Assembly: GCA_902558395.1 (NCBI GenBank)
Contig: CACEDS010000001.1
Span: 72,180-136,179, forward strand
DNA length: 64,000 nt
Reading direction: 5' to 3'
Origin: an uncultured SAR86 cluster bacterium
GTDB taxonomy: Bacteria; Pseudomonadota; Gammaproteobacteria; Magnimaribacterales; D2472
Notes under the pieces: model-generated
The model's database searches: none
What the model was told of the DNA's origin: nothing
What the model saw: only the letters and a program-made list of their open reading frames with translations
Made by a program: the position numbers and the translations under genes
Shown: piece by piece, positions 9,100 through 18,414 of the stretch
Numbering within the stretch: position 1 is the first letter of the stretch
Layout: each line of letters begins with the position of its first letter

Positions 9100-9177
9100 C
9101 TTTCTAATATTTTTCTTGTTTTTTTAAATAATTTCTGTTCTAGTAAAAGTTGAATTATTTACATAAAGGGGGAGTTT

Positions 9178-10374
9178 ATGAAAGTATTATGCGTTTTATA
9201 CGATGATCCAAAAACTGGCATGCCCGAAAAGTATGCACGAGATGATTTACCAAAAATTGATAAATATCCAGATGGTATGACATTGCCGTCTCCCAAGGGC
9301 ATTGATTTTACTCCAGGAGAATTACTTGGATGTGTTTCAGGAGAGTTGGGGCTTAGAAAATTTCTAGAAGATGCTGGACATACATTAGTAGTTACATCTG
9401 ACAAAGATGGTGAAGGGTGTGAAGCAGATAGAGAATTAGTTGATGCTGATATAGTCATATCTCAACCATTCTTTCCTTATTATTTAACTCGTGAAAAAAT
9501 GGAAACCGCTCCAAATCTTAAGATGGCAATAACTGCTGGAATCGGTTCAGACCACGTAGATCTTCAAGGAGCCATGGATCACAACATAGATGTTGTGGAG
9601 GTTACATACTGTAATTCAAGATCTGTAGCAGAGCATATTGTAATGATGATTCTTTCAATGGTTAGGGATTACCATAATCAACACAGGATAGTTAATGAAG
9701 GTGGTTGGAATATAGCTGACGCTGTTCAAAGATCATATGATGTTGAAGGAATGCATGTCGGAACTGTAGCTGCAGGAAGAATAGGTATCGACATGTTAAG
9801 AAAGATGAAACCTTTTGATGTCCATCTGCACTATTTCGACATTCATAAATTACCTGATGAGGTCGAGGCAGAACTAAATCTTACTTATCATGATTCTGTT
9901 GAATCTTTAGTTGCTGTTTGTGATGTGGTTAATATTAGTTGTCCACTGCATCCAAAGACAGAGCACTTATTTAATGATGAGATGATCGCAAAAATGAAAC
10001 GCGGTGCTTATATTGTTAACACTGCTAGAGGAAAGATTTGTGACAAAGATGCAATTGCAAGAGCTTTAGAATCTGGCCAGTTAAGCGGTTATGCTGGAGA
10101 TGTTTGGTTCCCGCAACCAGCTCCTAATGATCATGTTTGGAGAACAATGCCTAATCATGGGATGACTCCTCATACTTCTGGAACATCATTATCCGCTCAA
10201 GCTAGGTATGCTGCTGGTGTAAGAGAAATACTTGAGTGTTTCTTTTCTGGAGAGCCAATTAGAGAGCCATATTTAATTGTTAAAGACGGTGATCTTGCAG
10301 GAATGGGAGCTCATTCTTATACAAAAGGTACAGCAACCGACGGATCGGAAGAAGCTGCAAATTATAAAAAATAA
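9178..10374 (+). CDS. fdh: NAD+-dependent formate dehydrogenase (metal-independent, D-2-hydroxyacid dehydrogenase family)
   Basis: 398 aa, near-colinear with Pseudomonas sp. 101 FDH as I recall it: MKVLCVLYDDP...YARDDLPKID...IDFTPGELLG.VSGELGLRKFLE..GHTLVVTSDKDG...TAGIGSDHVDL...GTVAAGRIG...PLHPKTEH...YAGDVWFPQPAP. Strong SD (AAGGGGGAG) upstream. Confidence 0.95.
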   Translation: MKVLCVLYDDPKTGMPEKYARDDLPKIDKYPDGMTLPSPKGIDFTPGELLGCVSGELGLRKFLEDAGHTLVVTSDKDGEGCEADRELVDADIVISQPFFPYYLTREKMETAPNLKMAITAGIGSDHVDLQGAMDHNIDVVEVTYCNSRSVAEHIVMMILSMVRDYHNQHRIVNEGGWNIADAVQRSYDVEGMHVGTVAAGRIGIDMLRKMKPFDVHLHYFDIHKLPDEVEAELNLTYHDSVESLVAVCDVVNISCPLHPKTEHLFNDEMIAKMKRGAYIVNTARGKICDKDAIARALESGQLSGYAGDVWFPQPAPNDHVWRTMPNHGMTPHTSGTSLSAQARYAAGVREILECFFSGEPIREPYLIVKDGDLAGMGAHSYTKGTATDGSEEAANYKK

Positions 10375-10377
10375 TTT

Positions 10378-11346
10378 TTAGAAATTTTGCAGTCTTGATT
10401 TAATTATCTCATCAGCCTGGGACATAATATTATTTATTAAGTCCTGGACTGTTGGGATGTCATTAACAAGCCCAGCTACCATTCCACAAGACCAAGCGCC
10501 TGCTTCCATGGTTCCTTCATGCATAATTTTTGGGTAAACACCAGCAACTTCATCAAGAATATCTTCAAACTTGAGATCATCGCCTAATCTTTTTTCTTTT
10601 TCCATCAGTCTTTCCACTGCTTCATTATTAAGAACTCTTTCTGTATTTGTTAATGATCTCATAATCAATCGAGTATCAAGTTCTGTTGCATTAACAATAG
10701 CTTCTTTAACATTTTGATGAACTGGAGCATCTTGTGTCGCTATAAACCTTGTTCCCATATTCATTCCTTCTGCTCCAAGTGCCATAGCAGCAACCAAACT
10801 TCTACCGTCAGCCATTCCGCCTGATGCCACGAACGGGATTTCTAATTCTTCGGCGGCTCTAGGCAATAAAATAAAATTGGGAATATCATCTTCACCTGGG
10901 TGACCACCACATTCAAAACCATCAACTGATACAGCATCACAACCAATTGATTGAGCTTTTATAGAGTGTCTAACAGAAGTACATTTATGAATAACTTTTA
11001 TTCCAGCTTCCTTAAGAGCAGGTAAATATTCTGCAGGGTTTCTTCCAGCAGTTTCAACTACTGGCACTCCTGCATCGATTATTTCTTTGATCAATCCAGG
11101 ATAATCCGGGGGTGTTAGAGAGGGTAGAAAAGTTAAATTTACTGCAAAAGGCTTATCTGTCATTTCTTTACATCTTGCAATCTCATTTGCTAATTTTTCA
11201 GGTGTACCTTGAGTTAGACCAGTAATAGTTCCCAGCCCACCTGCATTAGAAACAGCTGCAGCAAGTTCAGCAAATCCTACATGATGCATGCCACCTTGAA
11301 TAATTGGATGCTCAATACCAAATAGTTCTGTTATTTTAGTTTTCAT
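10378..11346 (-). CDS. nitronate monooxygenase / FabK-like FMN-dependent oxidoreductase (NMO family)
   Basis: MKTKITELFGIEHPIIQGGMHHVGF... is the canonical NMO N-terminus. I place the start at 11346, preceded by AAGGAGAG, not at the track's 11469, which would run 134 nt into the upstream SDR gene. Confidence 0.85.
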   Translation of the reverse strand: MKTKITELFGIEHPIIQGGMHHVGFAELAAAVSNAGGLGTITGLTQGTPEKLANEIARCKEMTDKPFAVNLTFLPSLTPPDYPGLIKEIIDAGVPVVETAGRNPAEYLPALKEAGIKVIHKCTSVRHSIKAQSIGCDAVSVDGFECGGHPGEDDIPNFILLPRAAEELEIPFVASGGMADGRSLVAAMALGAEGMNMGTRFIATQDAPVHQNVKEAIVNATELDTRLIMRSLTNTERVLNNEAVERLMEKEKRLGDDLKFEDILDEVAGVYPKIMHEGTMEAGAWSCGMVAGLVNDIPTVQDLINNIMSQADEIIKSRLQNF

Positions 11347-12148
11347 TATTCTCTCCTTTATTTTGATCAGCCAAACTTTGATAAAATTCTTCAAATTGTT
11401 TTTGCAATCTTTGCATTCCAGATATCCATCTATCTCTATCGTTGCCTTTTCTTTGAACATATTCACCAACTTCTTTATGAGGCAATACTAAGAATCTTTC
11501 ATTCTCAATGGCATCTAAAACATCTTTAGCGACTATATCGGGCTCAAGCATTCCATCCACTCCAGCAACTCCAGCACCTTGAGCAGTCATAGCGGTTCTT
11601 ACTGCTTGTGGGCAGAGACATGAAACGCCAATTCCTTTATGACCATATGTAATTTTTACCCATTCAGCAAAACTTACTGCCGCTGATTTAGTAACAGCAT
11701 ATTGGGCGGCACCTATTTGAGATAAGAGGCCTGCAGCTGATGCTGTATTCATTAAATAGCCTTCACCCCTTTCAAGCATTTGGGGCAATACATGCCTTGC
11801 AGCATGAACATGAGACATTACATTAACTCCCCAAGTATTATTCCATTCTTCAGATGTAGTCTCTAAGAGCATTGGAGTTCCGCTAATACCTGCATTCGAA
11901 CAAAATATGTCTATTCCTCCTGAATATTCATTAGCCTTTTCAATAACATTAATTATGTCTTGTTCATTTGATACATCAGCTGCTATAGCAATACCATTAA
12001 TTTTTTCTGCGATTTCCTTAGCACCATCTTCATTCATATCTACACAAATAATAGATTGAGCTCCACTAGCATGAAATTCTTCACATAGCGCATATCCAAT
12101 GCCACTAGCAGCACCAGTAACTACCACTCTTTTATTTTTTATTTCCAT
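11336..12148 (-). CDS. short-chain dehydrogenase/reductase (SDR)
   Basis: 270 aa with TGAASGIGYAL (TGxxxGxG) and YAVTKSA (YxxxK). Confidence 0.85.
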   Translation of the reverse strand: MEIKNKRVVVTGAASGIGYALCEEFHASGAQSIICVDMNEDGAKEIAEKINGIAIAADVSNEQDIINVIEKANEYSGGIDIFCSNAGISGTPMLLETTSEEWNNTWGVNVMSHVHAARHVLPQMLERGEGYLMNTASAAGLLSQIGAAQYAVTKSAAVSFAEWVKITYGHKGIGVSCLCPQAVRTAMTAQGAGVAGVDGMLEPDIVAKDVLDAIENERFLVLPHKEVGEYVQRKGNDRDRWISGMQRLQKQFEEFYQSLADQNKGENNEN

Positions 12149-12152
12149 ATTT

Positions 12153-13190
12153 TTATCCTAATAATATTTCACACCCAGTTCCATCAAGAAAAGTTTTAAC
12201 TCTTGACTGATCATTTTCATTAAGCGCAGCAAACTCCTCTTTAATCCACTTTAAACATTTAGCTTGATAAGGAAAGGCTCTTTGTTTCCATAAAGACCCA
12301 TCAATTTCGATCTCCCATGTTTCCTCACCCTTCATAATTGCATTTGCATTTGCAAGCAAAGCTGGAACATACATCCTGCCAAACTCTTTCATGATTTCTT
12401 TTAAAGAATCAGGGCTTTCTTCAAGAGGAATCCAGTTGCTATTGTCAACATCATGACCAGACAAGTCAGCCATTACATCTTGCCAAGAAACAAGTCTTAA
12501 TGCATTATCGTAGGCAATTTTTCTTGATGTAGGTTCAAACCCAATGAGCTGAGTTAATTGCCCATAGATAGCAAAATCAGCAGAAGAAGGCTTTTCACCA
12601 AAAAGAAATTTACTAATAGATAAGTGATCATCCATCAATTTTAGGAATCTTTTATAACTAGCATCGATTAAACCAGCTGTTGTATCATTTGAGCCTACAA
12701 CCCATAACCTTCCAGTCTGTCTATCATGAACATATTTTTTTGCATCCTTTAGTATTTCATCAGGCAAATTCACAGCAAGATCACTCAATGGAAGGATGGT
12801 TGATGCATTATCAGCATCTTCATCAAAATACCATCTGTAATGGAACATATATTTAGTAACCCATTCATCTCCAAAATCTTCTAATAAATAATTTATGAAA
12901 GATAAAGCAGGGTCCTCAGGTAATAATTTTCTATCTGGATACTCGTTTTCAAATCTTCTAATGATTGGGGTGGTATCAGTAGTTGCTTTTAATTTACCAC
13001 TTTCATCTTCTAAAAGCAGAGTAGGAAGTAAAACAGGTTTTGGTGGCTCTATTCCTTCTAGCCTGCTTAATCTTCCTGGAACATCTCCCATGAAAACTTC
13101 ATAGGAAATATGGCGATACCTCAAAATAGAAATCATTTTCTGTGTGTAAGGTGAGGCAGGGACCCCAAAAACTTTTATTTTTTCTTTCAC
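12153..13190 (-). CDS. atypical long glutathione S-transferase-like protein
   Basis: 345 aa. N-terminal thioredoxin-like GST domain (VFGVPASPYTQKMISILRYRHISYEV), a central GST-C-like helix region (SSADFAIYGQLTQL) and an extra C-terminal domain of about 100 aa. Confidence 0.6.
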   Translation of the reverse strand: MKEKIKVFGVPASPYTQKMISILRYRHISYEVFMGDVPGRLSRLEGIEPPKPVLLPTLLLEDESGKLKATTDTTPIIRRFENEYPDRKLLPEDPALSFINYLLEDFGDEWVTKYMFHYRWYFDEDADNASTILPLSDLAVNLPDEILKDAKKYVHDRQTGRLWVVGSNDTTAGLIDASYKRFLKLMDDHLSISKFLFGEKPSSADFAIYGQLTQLIGFEPTSRKIAYDNALRLVSWQDVMADLSGHDVDNSNWIPLEESPDSLKEIMKEFGRMYVPALLANANAIMKGEETWEIEIDGSLWKQRAFPYQAKCLKWIKEEFAALNENDQSRVKTFLDGTGCEILLG

Positions 13191-13220
13191 TATTTCTCCT
13201 ATTTTTATTTGAATAATCTA

Positions 13221-14858
13221 TTAGTTAGACCAATAAATATATTCGTCACCTTCTTCGTATTCTTTTCCATCATATTTATCTATCATTATTGGAGCATCAT
13301 ATGATGAAGGGAATAAAGGATTTTTTTGTTCTGAATTAAACTCAACCAAAAGCTCTTCAATTTGTTTTACTACATCCGGATAACTATCAACTAGATTATT
13401 TTTTTCTGTTGGGTCCGCTGAAGTATCAAACAACCATCGAAAATTTTCATTTTTACTAATTATATATTTCCAGTTTTCATGAAGAACTGCTTGATGATTT
13501 CCAGATCGCCAAAAAAGTGTCTTGTGAGGCTTAGAAGAGCTATTATTATTTATGAAGGGTAGTAAATCTACACCATCTATTTTATTAGATAATTCAATAC
13601 CCGCAGCCTTTGCAATAGTAGGAAAAATATCAAAATGATGAACAGCATTATCTGATTTTTTTCCAGGGTTGATTTCATCAGGCCAGCTAACAATATAAGG
13701 AACTCTTATCCCTCCTTCAAAGAAGCTTATCTTCCATCCTCTATAGGGTTTATTAATATCCTCTAATTCAATGTAATTAGCCCCGCCATTATCGCTTGTA
13801 AATATGATTAAAGTCTTACCATATATATCTAATTCTTTGAGCTTTTCAATAATCTTTCCAACACTTCTATCTAAAGCATTTATCATTCCTGAGTAAACTT
13901 TAAGATTATGACCGTGCATATGACTCATTTGTTCATAATCGCTTCTTAGTGCCTGCAGTGGATTATGAATTGCCCAATGACTGAGATATAAAAAGAAAGG
14001 TCTATTTCTATTATTTTCAATTACTTTTAATGCTTCATCAGTATAGTAATCTGTAACATATTTATCAGGCGCAAATATCTCACCTTCATTAAAAGTTGCG
14101 GAATATTGACCATTACTCCATACCATTTTATCTATTCTTGTATCAAACTTTGCGTTTACAACATCAGGATGATTCTCAGGCAAATAGAGGGGCCCAACTA
14201 AACCTAGAGAGTCTTGAAAGCCTTGATTCAGTGGATCCATGCCATAAGCATGACCAAGGTGCCATTTTCCAATATGAGCTGTGTAATATCCAGCATCTTT
14301 TAAAACTTCTGCTATGGTTGTTTGTTCTGTTGGCATTCCCTGTTCCATAAAAGGTGGCATTTTTGAAACCACCTCTCGGTCAATTCTTTGTTTCAATTCA
14401 AAATTATCTTCTTCGGCAAGCCAGCCCAGAACTGTTCTGCCTAAAGAAGGTATTGGAGTAAATTCATAGCCAAATCTAGTTGGGTATTTCCCAGTCATTA
14501 TCGATGCTCTAGATGGAGCACAAGTTGCATTAGCAGCATAACCTCTAGTAAATAGAATTCCACTTTTTGCTAATGCATCAATATTTTTAGTTTGAAGGGT
14601 TCTATCAGCTGCTCCACCATTATGAATAGATATATCGTTATAGCCCATATCATCGGCCAGGATTAAAATTATATTTGGTCTATTATCATCAACTGGTGTA
14701 TCTGGACCCTTAGACCAAGTGGTTGGAATATTTTCTTGAACTGTAACATTTGATATTTTGGGTATAGCCCATACAAGAATATTTACTTTATATTCCCAGG
14801 CAACAAAACCAGAAACTATTAATACCACTAAAGAAAGCATGAGTTTTTTAGCCATCAC
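13221..14858 (-). CDS. exported or membrane-anchored formylglycine-dependent sulfatase (arylsulfatase family)
   Basis: 545 aa with an N-terminal signal anchor (LMLSLVVLIVSGFVAW), LADDMGYNDIS, the CxPxR maturation motif CAPSRASIMTG and GKWHLG. Confidence 0.9.
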   Translation of the reverse strand: MMAKKLMLSLVVLIVSGFVAWEYKVNILVWAIPKISNVTVQENIPTTWSKGPDTPVDDNRPNIILILADDMGYNDISIHNGGAADRTLQTKNIDALAKSGILFTRGYAANATCAPSRASIMTGKYPTRFGYEFTPIPSLGRTVLGWLAEEDNFELKQRIDREVVSKMPPFMEQGMPTEQTTIAEVLKDAGYYTAHIGKWHLGHAYGMDPLNQGFQDSLGLVGPLYLPENHPDVVNAKFDTRIDKMVWSNGQYSATFNEGEIFAPDKYVTDYYTDEALKVIENNRNRPFFLYLSHWAIHNPLQALRSDYEQMSHMHGHNLKVYSGMINALDRSVGKIIEKLKELDIYGKTLIIFTSDNGGANYIELEDINKPYRGWKISFFEGGIRVPYIVSWPDEINPGKKSDNAVHHFDIFPTIAKAAGIELSNKIDGVDLLPFINNNSSSKPHKTLFWRSGNHQAVLHENWKYIISKNENFRWLFDTSADPTEKNNLVDSYPDVVKQIEELLVEFNSEQKNPLFPSSYDAPIMIDKYDGKEYEEGDEYIYWSN

Positions 14859-15954
14859 TTAGCTCCACAATGATTCCTTCATTTGGATTAATATCTCCAC
14901 CTACAAATTTCTCATACATAGATATAAAATCTTCAAGGCCAATAATTTTTTTCACTTGCATCCAATCAGTGCTTTGATTAGATCTAGTTTTCATAAATTC
15001 ATTTATCTTTTGGTTATAGCCTTCATAACCCCAATCTTTTACTCGTTTTTGAATATGAGCTGGAGCAAAAAAGAATTCTGTTCTTTCTCTAAGCATGGCC
15101 TGACCCAGAGCATCTTCAGCAGTAACCTCATTATCCCAATGAGTCATCCCAACTGTCAGGCATTTAAGCATTTTGTCACCAAGTGACCCATGAAGAGTGC
15201 CCAGAATCTCGCGGCTTCCCGCCATATCAATCATTACAGACTTAAGATTAAAATTTATATCTAATAGACAATCATATGTAATCACTTCATCATAACAATC
15301 TAAGTTTTTAACAAAATCTAGATTCTTGTTAGAAGTAAGGCCTAATATTGATGGAGCACCAGAAGCTTCTTGAAGCCCCTGAGCAACACCAATCGCAGTC
15401 TTACTTGATGCACTAACTATAATAATTTGATCAGCACCGAAATAGCCCCCATCTTTCAATACATCACATATACAAAAAGATGTTATGTGCAATGGAAATA
15501 ATAATGATCTAATGTCATCTAATGAGTTATCGTAATTAACTTCCCCAGACAATCTTAAATAGTTGTTATATGTCGCTGGTAGATCTATACGATGTTCTTT
15601 GCCATCTACAAATCCTTGATTTGTAACTTTGATAGGCTTTAAATTTAAGATATCACCTGGAGGAAAATACCCAAACAATCTTTCTCCAACAATTAATTCT
15701 TTGACATTTGATTTAATGATTTTTGCAAATCCCCATACTGGTATGCAACCCCATTCATTATTAGCATCTTCGGTTGTTTTGAAGAATTGCCAATAACCTA
15801 TCGTGTCACCAGCTACTCCATACGTAACATTGTTTGAAGTGAAAGCAAAACTTTCTATTGATACTGAAATTTCTTCTTCTTGAATATCAGAGTTTTTTGT
15901 TTCAACGATTCTGGTTTTTGAAAGATCACTCTTTAATGTTTGTAATTGCCTCAA
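14848..15954 (-). CDS. DUF2855-like protein (MDR/alcohol-dehydrogenase-like fold, function unknown)
   Basis: 368 aa. The N-terminal SIESFAFTSNNVTYGVAGDTIGYWQFF block resembles DUF2855 family members as I recall them. Its stop overlaps the sulfatase start by 11 nt. Confidence 0.5.
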   Translation of the reverse strand: MRQLQTLKSDLSKTRIVETKNSDIQEEEISVSIESFAFTSNNVTYGVAGDTIGYWQFFKTTEDANNEWGCIPVWGFAKIIKSNVKELIVGERLFGYFPPGDILNLKPIKVTNQGFVDGKEHRIDLPATYNNYLRLSGEVNYDNSLDDIRSLLFPLHITSFCICDVLKDGGYFGADQIIIVSASSKTAIGVAQGLQEASGAPSILGLTSNKNLDFVKNLDCYDEVITYDCLLDINFNLKSVMIDMAGSREILGTLHGSLGDKMLKCLTVGMTHWDNEVTAEDALGQAMLRERTEFFFAPAHIQKRVKDWGYEGYNQKINEFMKTRSNQSTDWMQVKKIIGLEDFISMYEKFVGGDINPNEGIIVELSDG

Positions 15955-16364
15955 AATTTATATTCCTCAACCTCTATATTAAGCTGTCCAGCAAGTCCTG
16001 CCACTCTGTGTTTGTTGCTTTCTAGATAGTCAGGATCTGTAATCATTTTGAGCATTGCTTTTTTACTAGGATATTTAGCAATAAACGTTTTATCCCAAAG
16101 CTCTTCCACTTCTCCAAGCATTAGGCGATTTATAGATCCGCCAAAAGATACTTTGCCACCGACTTTTTTCAAATGTTCAATAACCTCTTCACTATATATG
16201 GCATATGCTTGCTCGCCAGTTAGGTCAGTATCTCGACCGTCCTCGTATTCAGCTTTTTCTTTAAACTTCAAAAGATTAATCATGACGATAGGTTTTTCAT
16301 TGTCACCTTCAAGAAATCCCTCCATTTGTTCTTTGGTAGGATGAACGCTATTTTTATATTTCAT
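15951..16364 (-). CDS. DUF1330 (dimeric alpha/beta-barrel) protein
   Basis: 137 aa. The PIVMINLLKFKEKAEY ... WDKTFIAKYPSKKAMLKM pattern resembles DUF1330. It overlaps the downstream gene by 4 nt. Confidence 0.55.
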   Translation of the reverse strand: MKYKNSVHPTKEQMEGFLEGDNEKPIVMINLLKFKEKAEYEDGRDTDLTGEQAYAIYSEEVIEHLKKVGGKVSFGGSINRLMLGEVEELWDKTFIAKYPSKKAMLKMITDPDYLESNKHRVAGLAGQLNIEVEEYKF

Positions 16365-16365
16365 T

Positions 16366-16980
16366 TTATTCTCCTAAGGTTATAGCTTTTTGAAATGCTG
16401 GTCGTGCTTCAATTCGGGCTACATAATTTTTAATGTGCTCCATTTCGTCAGGAACACATCCTAATCTATTAGCCATAAAACATGAGTGGCCAAGCATTAG
16501 ATCAGCAGCGGAAAAATTACCAACTAAGTAATCTTTATCTGCAAGGTTTTCATTAACTGGCCCAAGAGATTTAGTTATTAGGTTTTGTGCTTGCTTTAAA
16601 ACATTCTCATTTCTTCTATCCGGCGGTAAAAGAATTGTTTGAACTACGACCTGATTCATTGGAGGCATGACCATGCCCTCACAGTAATGAAACCATTGCA
16701 GATAATATGGAAACTCTTCAGAATCTGAATTCGGTTTAAGTCCACCATCTTTATGACGCTCAAGGATATATTGAATGATGGCTCCAGATTCAAATATAGA
16801 AATATCACCATCCTCAAGAACTGGCACTCTGCCCAGTGCATGTCTAGATCTATGTTCCGGTGATTTCAAACCTTCTTTTGTAAAAGGCATGATATTTACA
16901 TCATAATCTAGCCCTAATTCTTCTAGTAGCCAAACCACTCTTCCAGCCCTAGTACCTGGTGTAAAATGAACTTTTAACAT
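16366..16980 (-). CDS. glutathione S-transferase (copy A of tandem pair)
   Basis: 204 aa with a GST N-domain ([23 protein letters not shown]) and a C-domain. Confidence 0.85.
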   Translation of the reverse strand: MLKVHFTPGTRAGRVVWLLEELGLDYDVNIMPFTKEGLKSPEHRSRHALGRVPVLEDGDISIFESGAIIQYILERHKDGGLKPNSDSEEFPYYLQWFHYCEGMVMPPMNQVVVQTILLPPDRRNENVLKQAQNLITKSLGPVNENLADKDYLVGNFSAADLMLGHSCFMANRLGCVPDEMEHIKNYVARIEARPAFQKAITLGE

Positions 16981-17032
16981 AGTATTCTCCTTGTTTCTAT
17001 TAAATCACTCTTCTATAAAATTAATTGATACA

Positions 17033-17713
17033 TTAGATAGTAACTGTCCTTTTCTTCATTGAACGAAATGACCACCACCGATAAATTTTATGGAAAAATG
17101 TTTCACCCATTGATATAGCTTTTTGAAATGCAGGTCTTGCTTCAATGCGAGCTAAATAATTTTTAATGTTCTCCATTTCATCAGGAACACATCCTAATCT
17201 GTTAGCCATAAAACATGAGTGACCAAGCATTAGATCAGCAGCAGAAAAATCACCAATCAAATAATCTTTGCCCTCAAGATTCTTGTTTACAGGCCCTAAT
17301 GATTTAGTTAATAGATTTTTAGCTTGTTTTAAGACATTTTCATCTCTTCTATTGGATGATAATAGAATAGCTTGAACTACAATTTGATTCATAGGAGGCA
17401 TAACCATTCCCTCACAGTAATGAAACCATTGCAGATAATATGGAAACTCTTTAGAGCTTACATCAGGCTTTAAACCTCCGTCTTTATGTCGTTCAAGAAT
17501 ATATTGAATGATGGCACCAGATTCAAATATTGATATATCACCATCTTCTAGAACTGGAACCCTTCCAAGAGCATGACGCGTCCTATGTTCTGGTGACTTA
17601 AGACCTTTTTTGGTAAAAGACATGATATTAATATCATAATCTAGACCTAGCTCTTCAAGAAGCCAAACTACTCTTCCTGCTCGAGTACCTGCTGTAAAGT
17701 GAATTTTTAACAT
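17033..17713 (-). CDS. glutathione S-transferase (copy B of tandem pair, 22-aa C-terminal extension)
   Basis: 226 aa, about 86 percent identical by eye to copy A over 204 aa. It reads on past the position of copy A's stop (..MGETFFHKIYRWWSFRSMKKRTVTI). Confidence 0.85.
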   Translation of the reverse strand: MLKIHFTAGTRAGRVVWLLEELGLDYDINIMSFTKKGLKSPEHRTRHALGRVPVLEDGDISIFESGAIIQYILERHKDGGLKPDVSSKEFPYYLQWFHYCEGMVMPPMNQIVVQAILLSSNRRDENVLKQAKNLLTKSLGPVNKNLEGKDYLIGDFSAADLMLGHSCFMANRLGCVPDEMENIKNYLARIEARPAFQKAISMGETFFHKIYRWWSFRSMKKRTVTI

Positions 17714-17724
17714 AAGATTGCTTC

Positions 17725-18408
17725 TTATTTTTTTACCATTTTTTGTGCGTTTTTTATAAATTCCTTTTCGTCTTCTTCATTTTTTAAAATACTTTCTCTA
17801 TCTACTGGAACTTTAGTTCCCTTAATCATCCCTGGCTGCTCATACATTCTATTTTTCCAATCTTCTAGATGGACTAGTCCATCAATTGATACACCTGACC
17901 AATTATGGGTTCTAACCCAGCACCAATTAGCAATGTCTGCAATCGAATATTCTCCTGCTAGCCATTCATTGCTAGCTAGATGAGTATCTAAAACTTCAAA
18001 AAGACGCCTTGATTCATTTTGATATCTATCTATAGCTGGCTGAATTTTTTCAGGAAAGTACCTAAAAAAAACATTTGCTTGGCCCATCATGGGACCGATA
18101 CCACCCATTTGGAACATAAGCCATTCAGTTACTTTTGCTCTTCCTTTATCATCATTTGGGATAAGCTTGCCTGCCTTTTCTGCAAGATAAAGCATTATTG
18201 CACCAGACTCGAAGATCGAAAGGTCATCATTATCAGTATCAACAATAGCTGGAATTCTGCCATTAGGACTAATTTTTAAAAATTCAGGTTTTTTTTGCTC
18301 ACCTTCAGCAAGGTTTACTGAATGCACTTCGTAGGGCATTTCTAATGCCTCCAATAAGCATGAGACTTTATGTCCGTTAGGTGTTGAGGCTGTATATAAA
18401 TGAATCAT
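17725..18408 (-). CDS. Nu-class glutathione S-transferase (YfcG-like disulfide-bond reductase type)
   Basis: [57 protein letters not shown] parallels the E. coli YfcG N-terminus (TPNGHK, ISPN.KIPAIVD). Confidence 0.85.
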   Translation of the reverse strand: MIHLYTASTPNGHKVSCLLEALEMPYEVHSVNLAEGEQKKPEFLKISPNGRIPAIVDTDNDDLSIFESGAIMLYLAEKAGKLIPNDDKGRAKVTEWLMFQMGGIGPMMGQANVFFRYFPEKIQPAIDRYQNESRRLFEVLDTHLASNEWLAGEYSIADIANWCWVRTHNWSGVSIDGLVHLEDWKNRMYEQPGMIKGTKVPVDRESILKNEEDEKEFIKNAQKMVKK

Positions 18409-18414
18409 AAAAAA

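Larger units (their letters stand above)
16366..17713 (-). repeat. tandem duplication of a GST gene (about 0.62 kb unit)
   Basis: The nucleotide sequences of the two units align colinearly, with long identical runs such as ccctcacagtaatgaaaccattgcagataatatggaaactc in both. Confidence 0.85.

Noticed and set aside
11347-11469. A 41-residue N-terminal extension of the NMO-like ORF (the track start at 11469).
   Set aside because: The extension overlaps the SDR coding region by 134 nt. The canonical NMO N-terminus begins at the Met at 11346, which has a good AAGGAGAG RBS.
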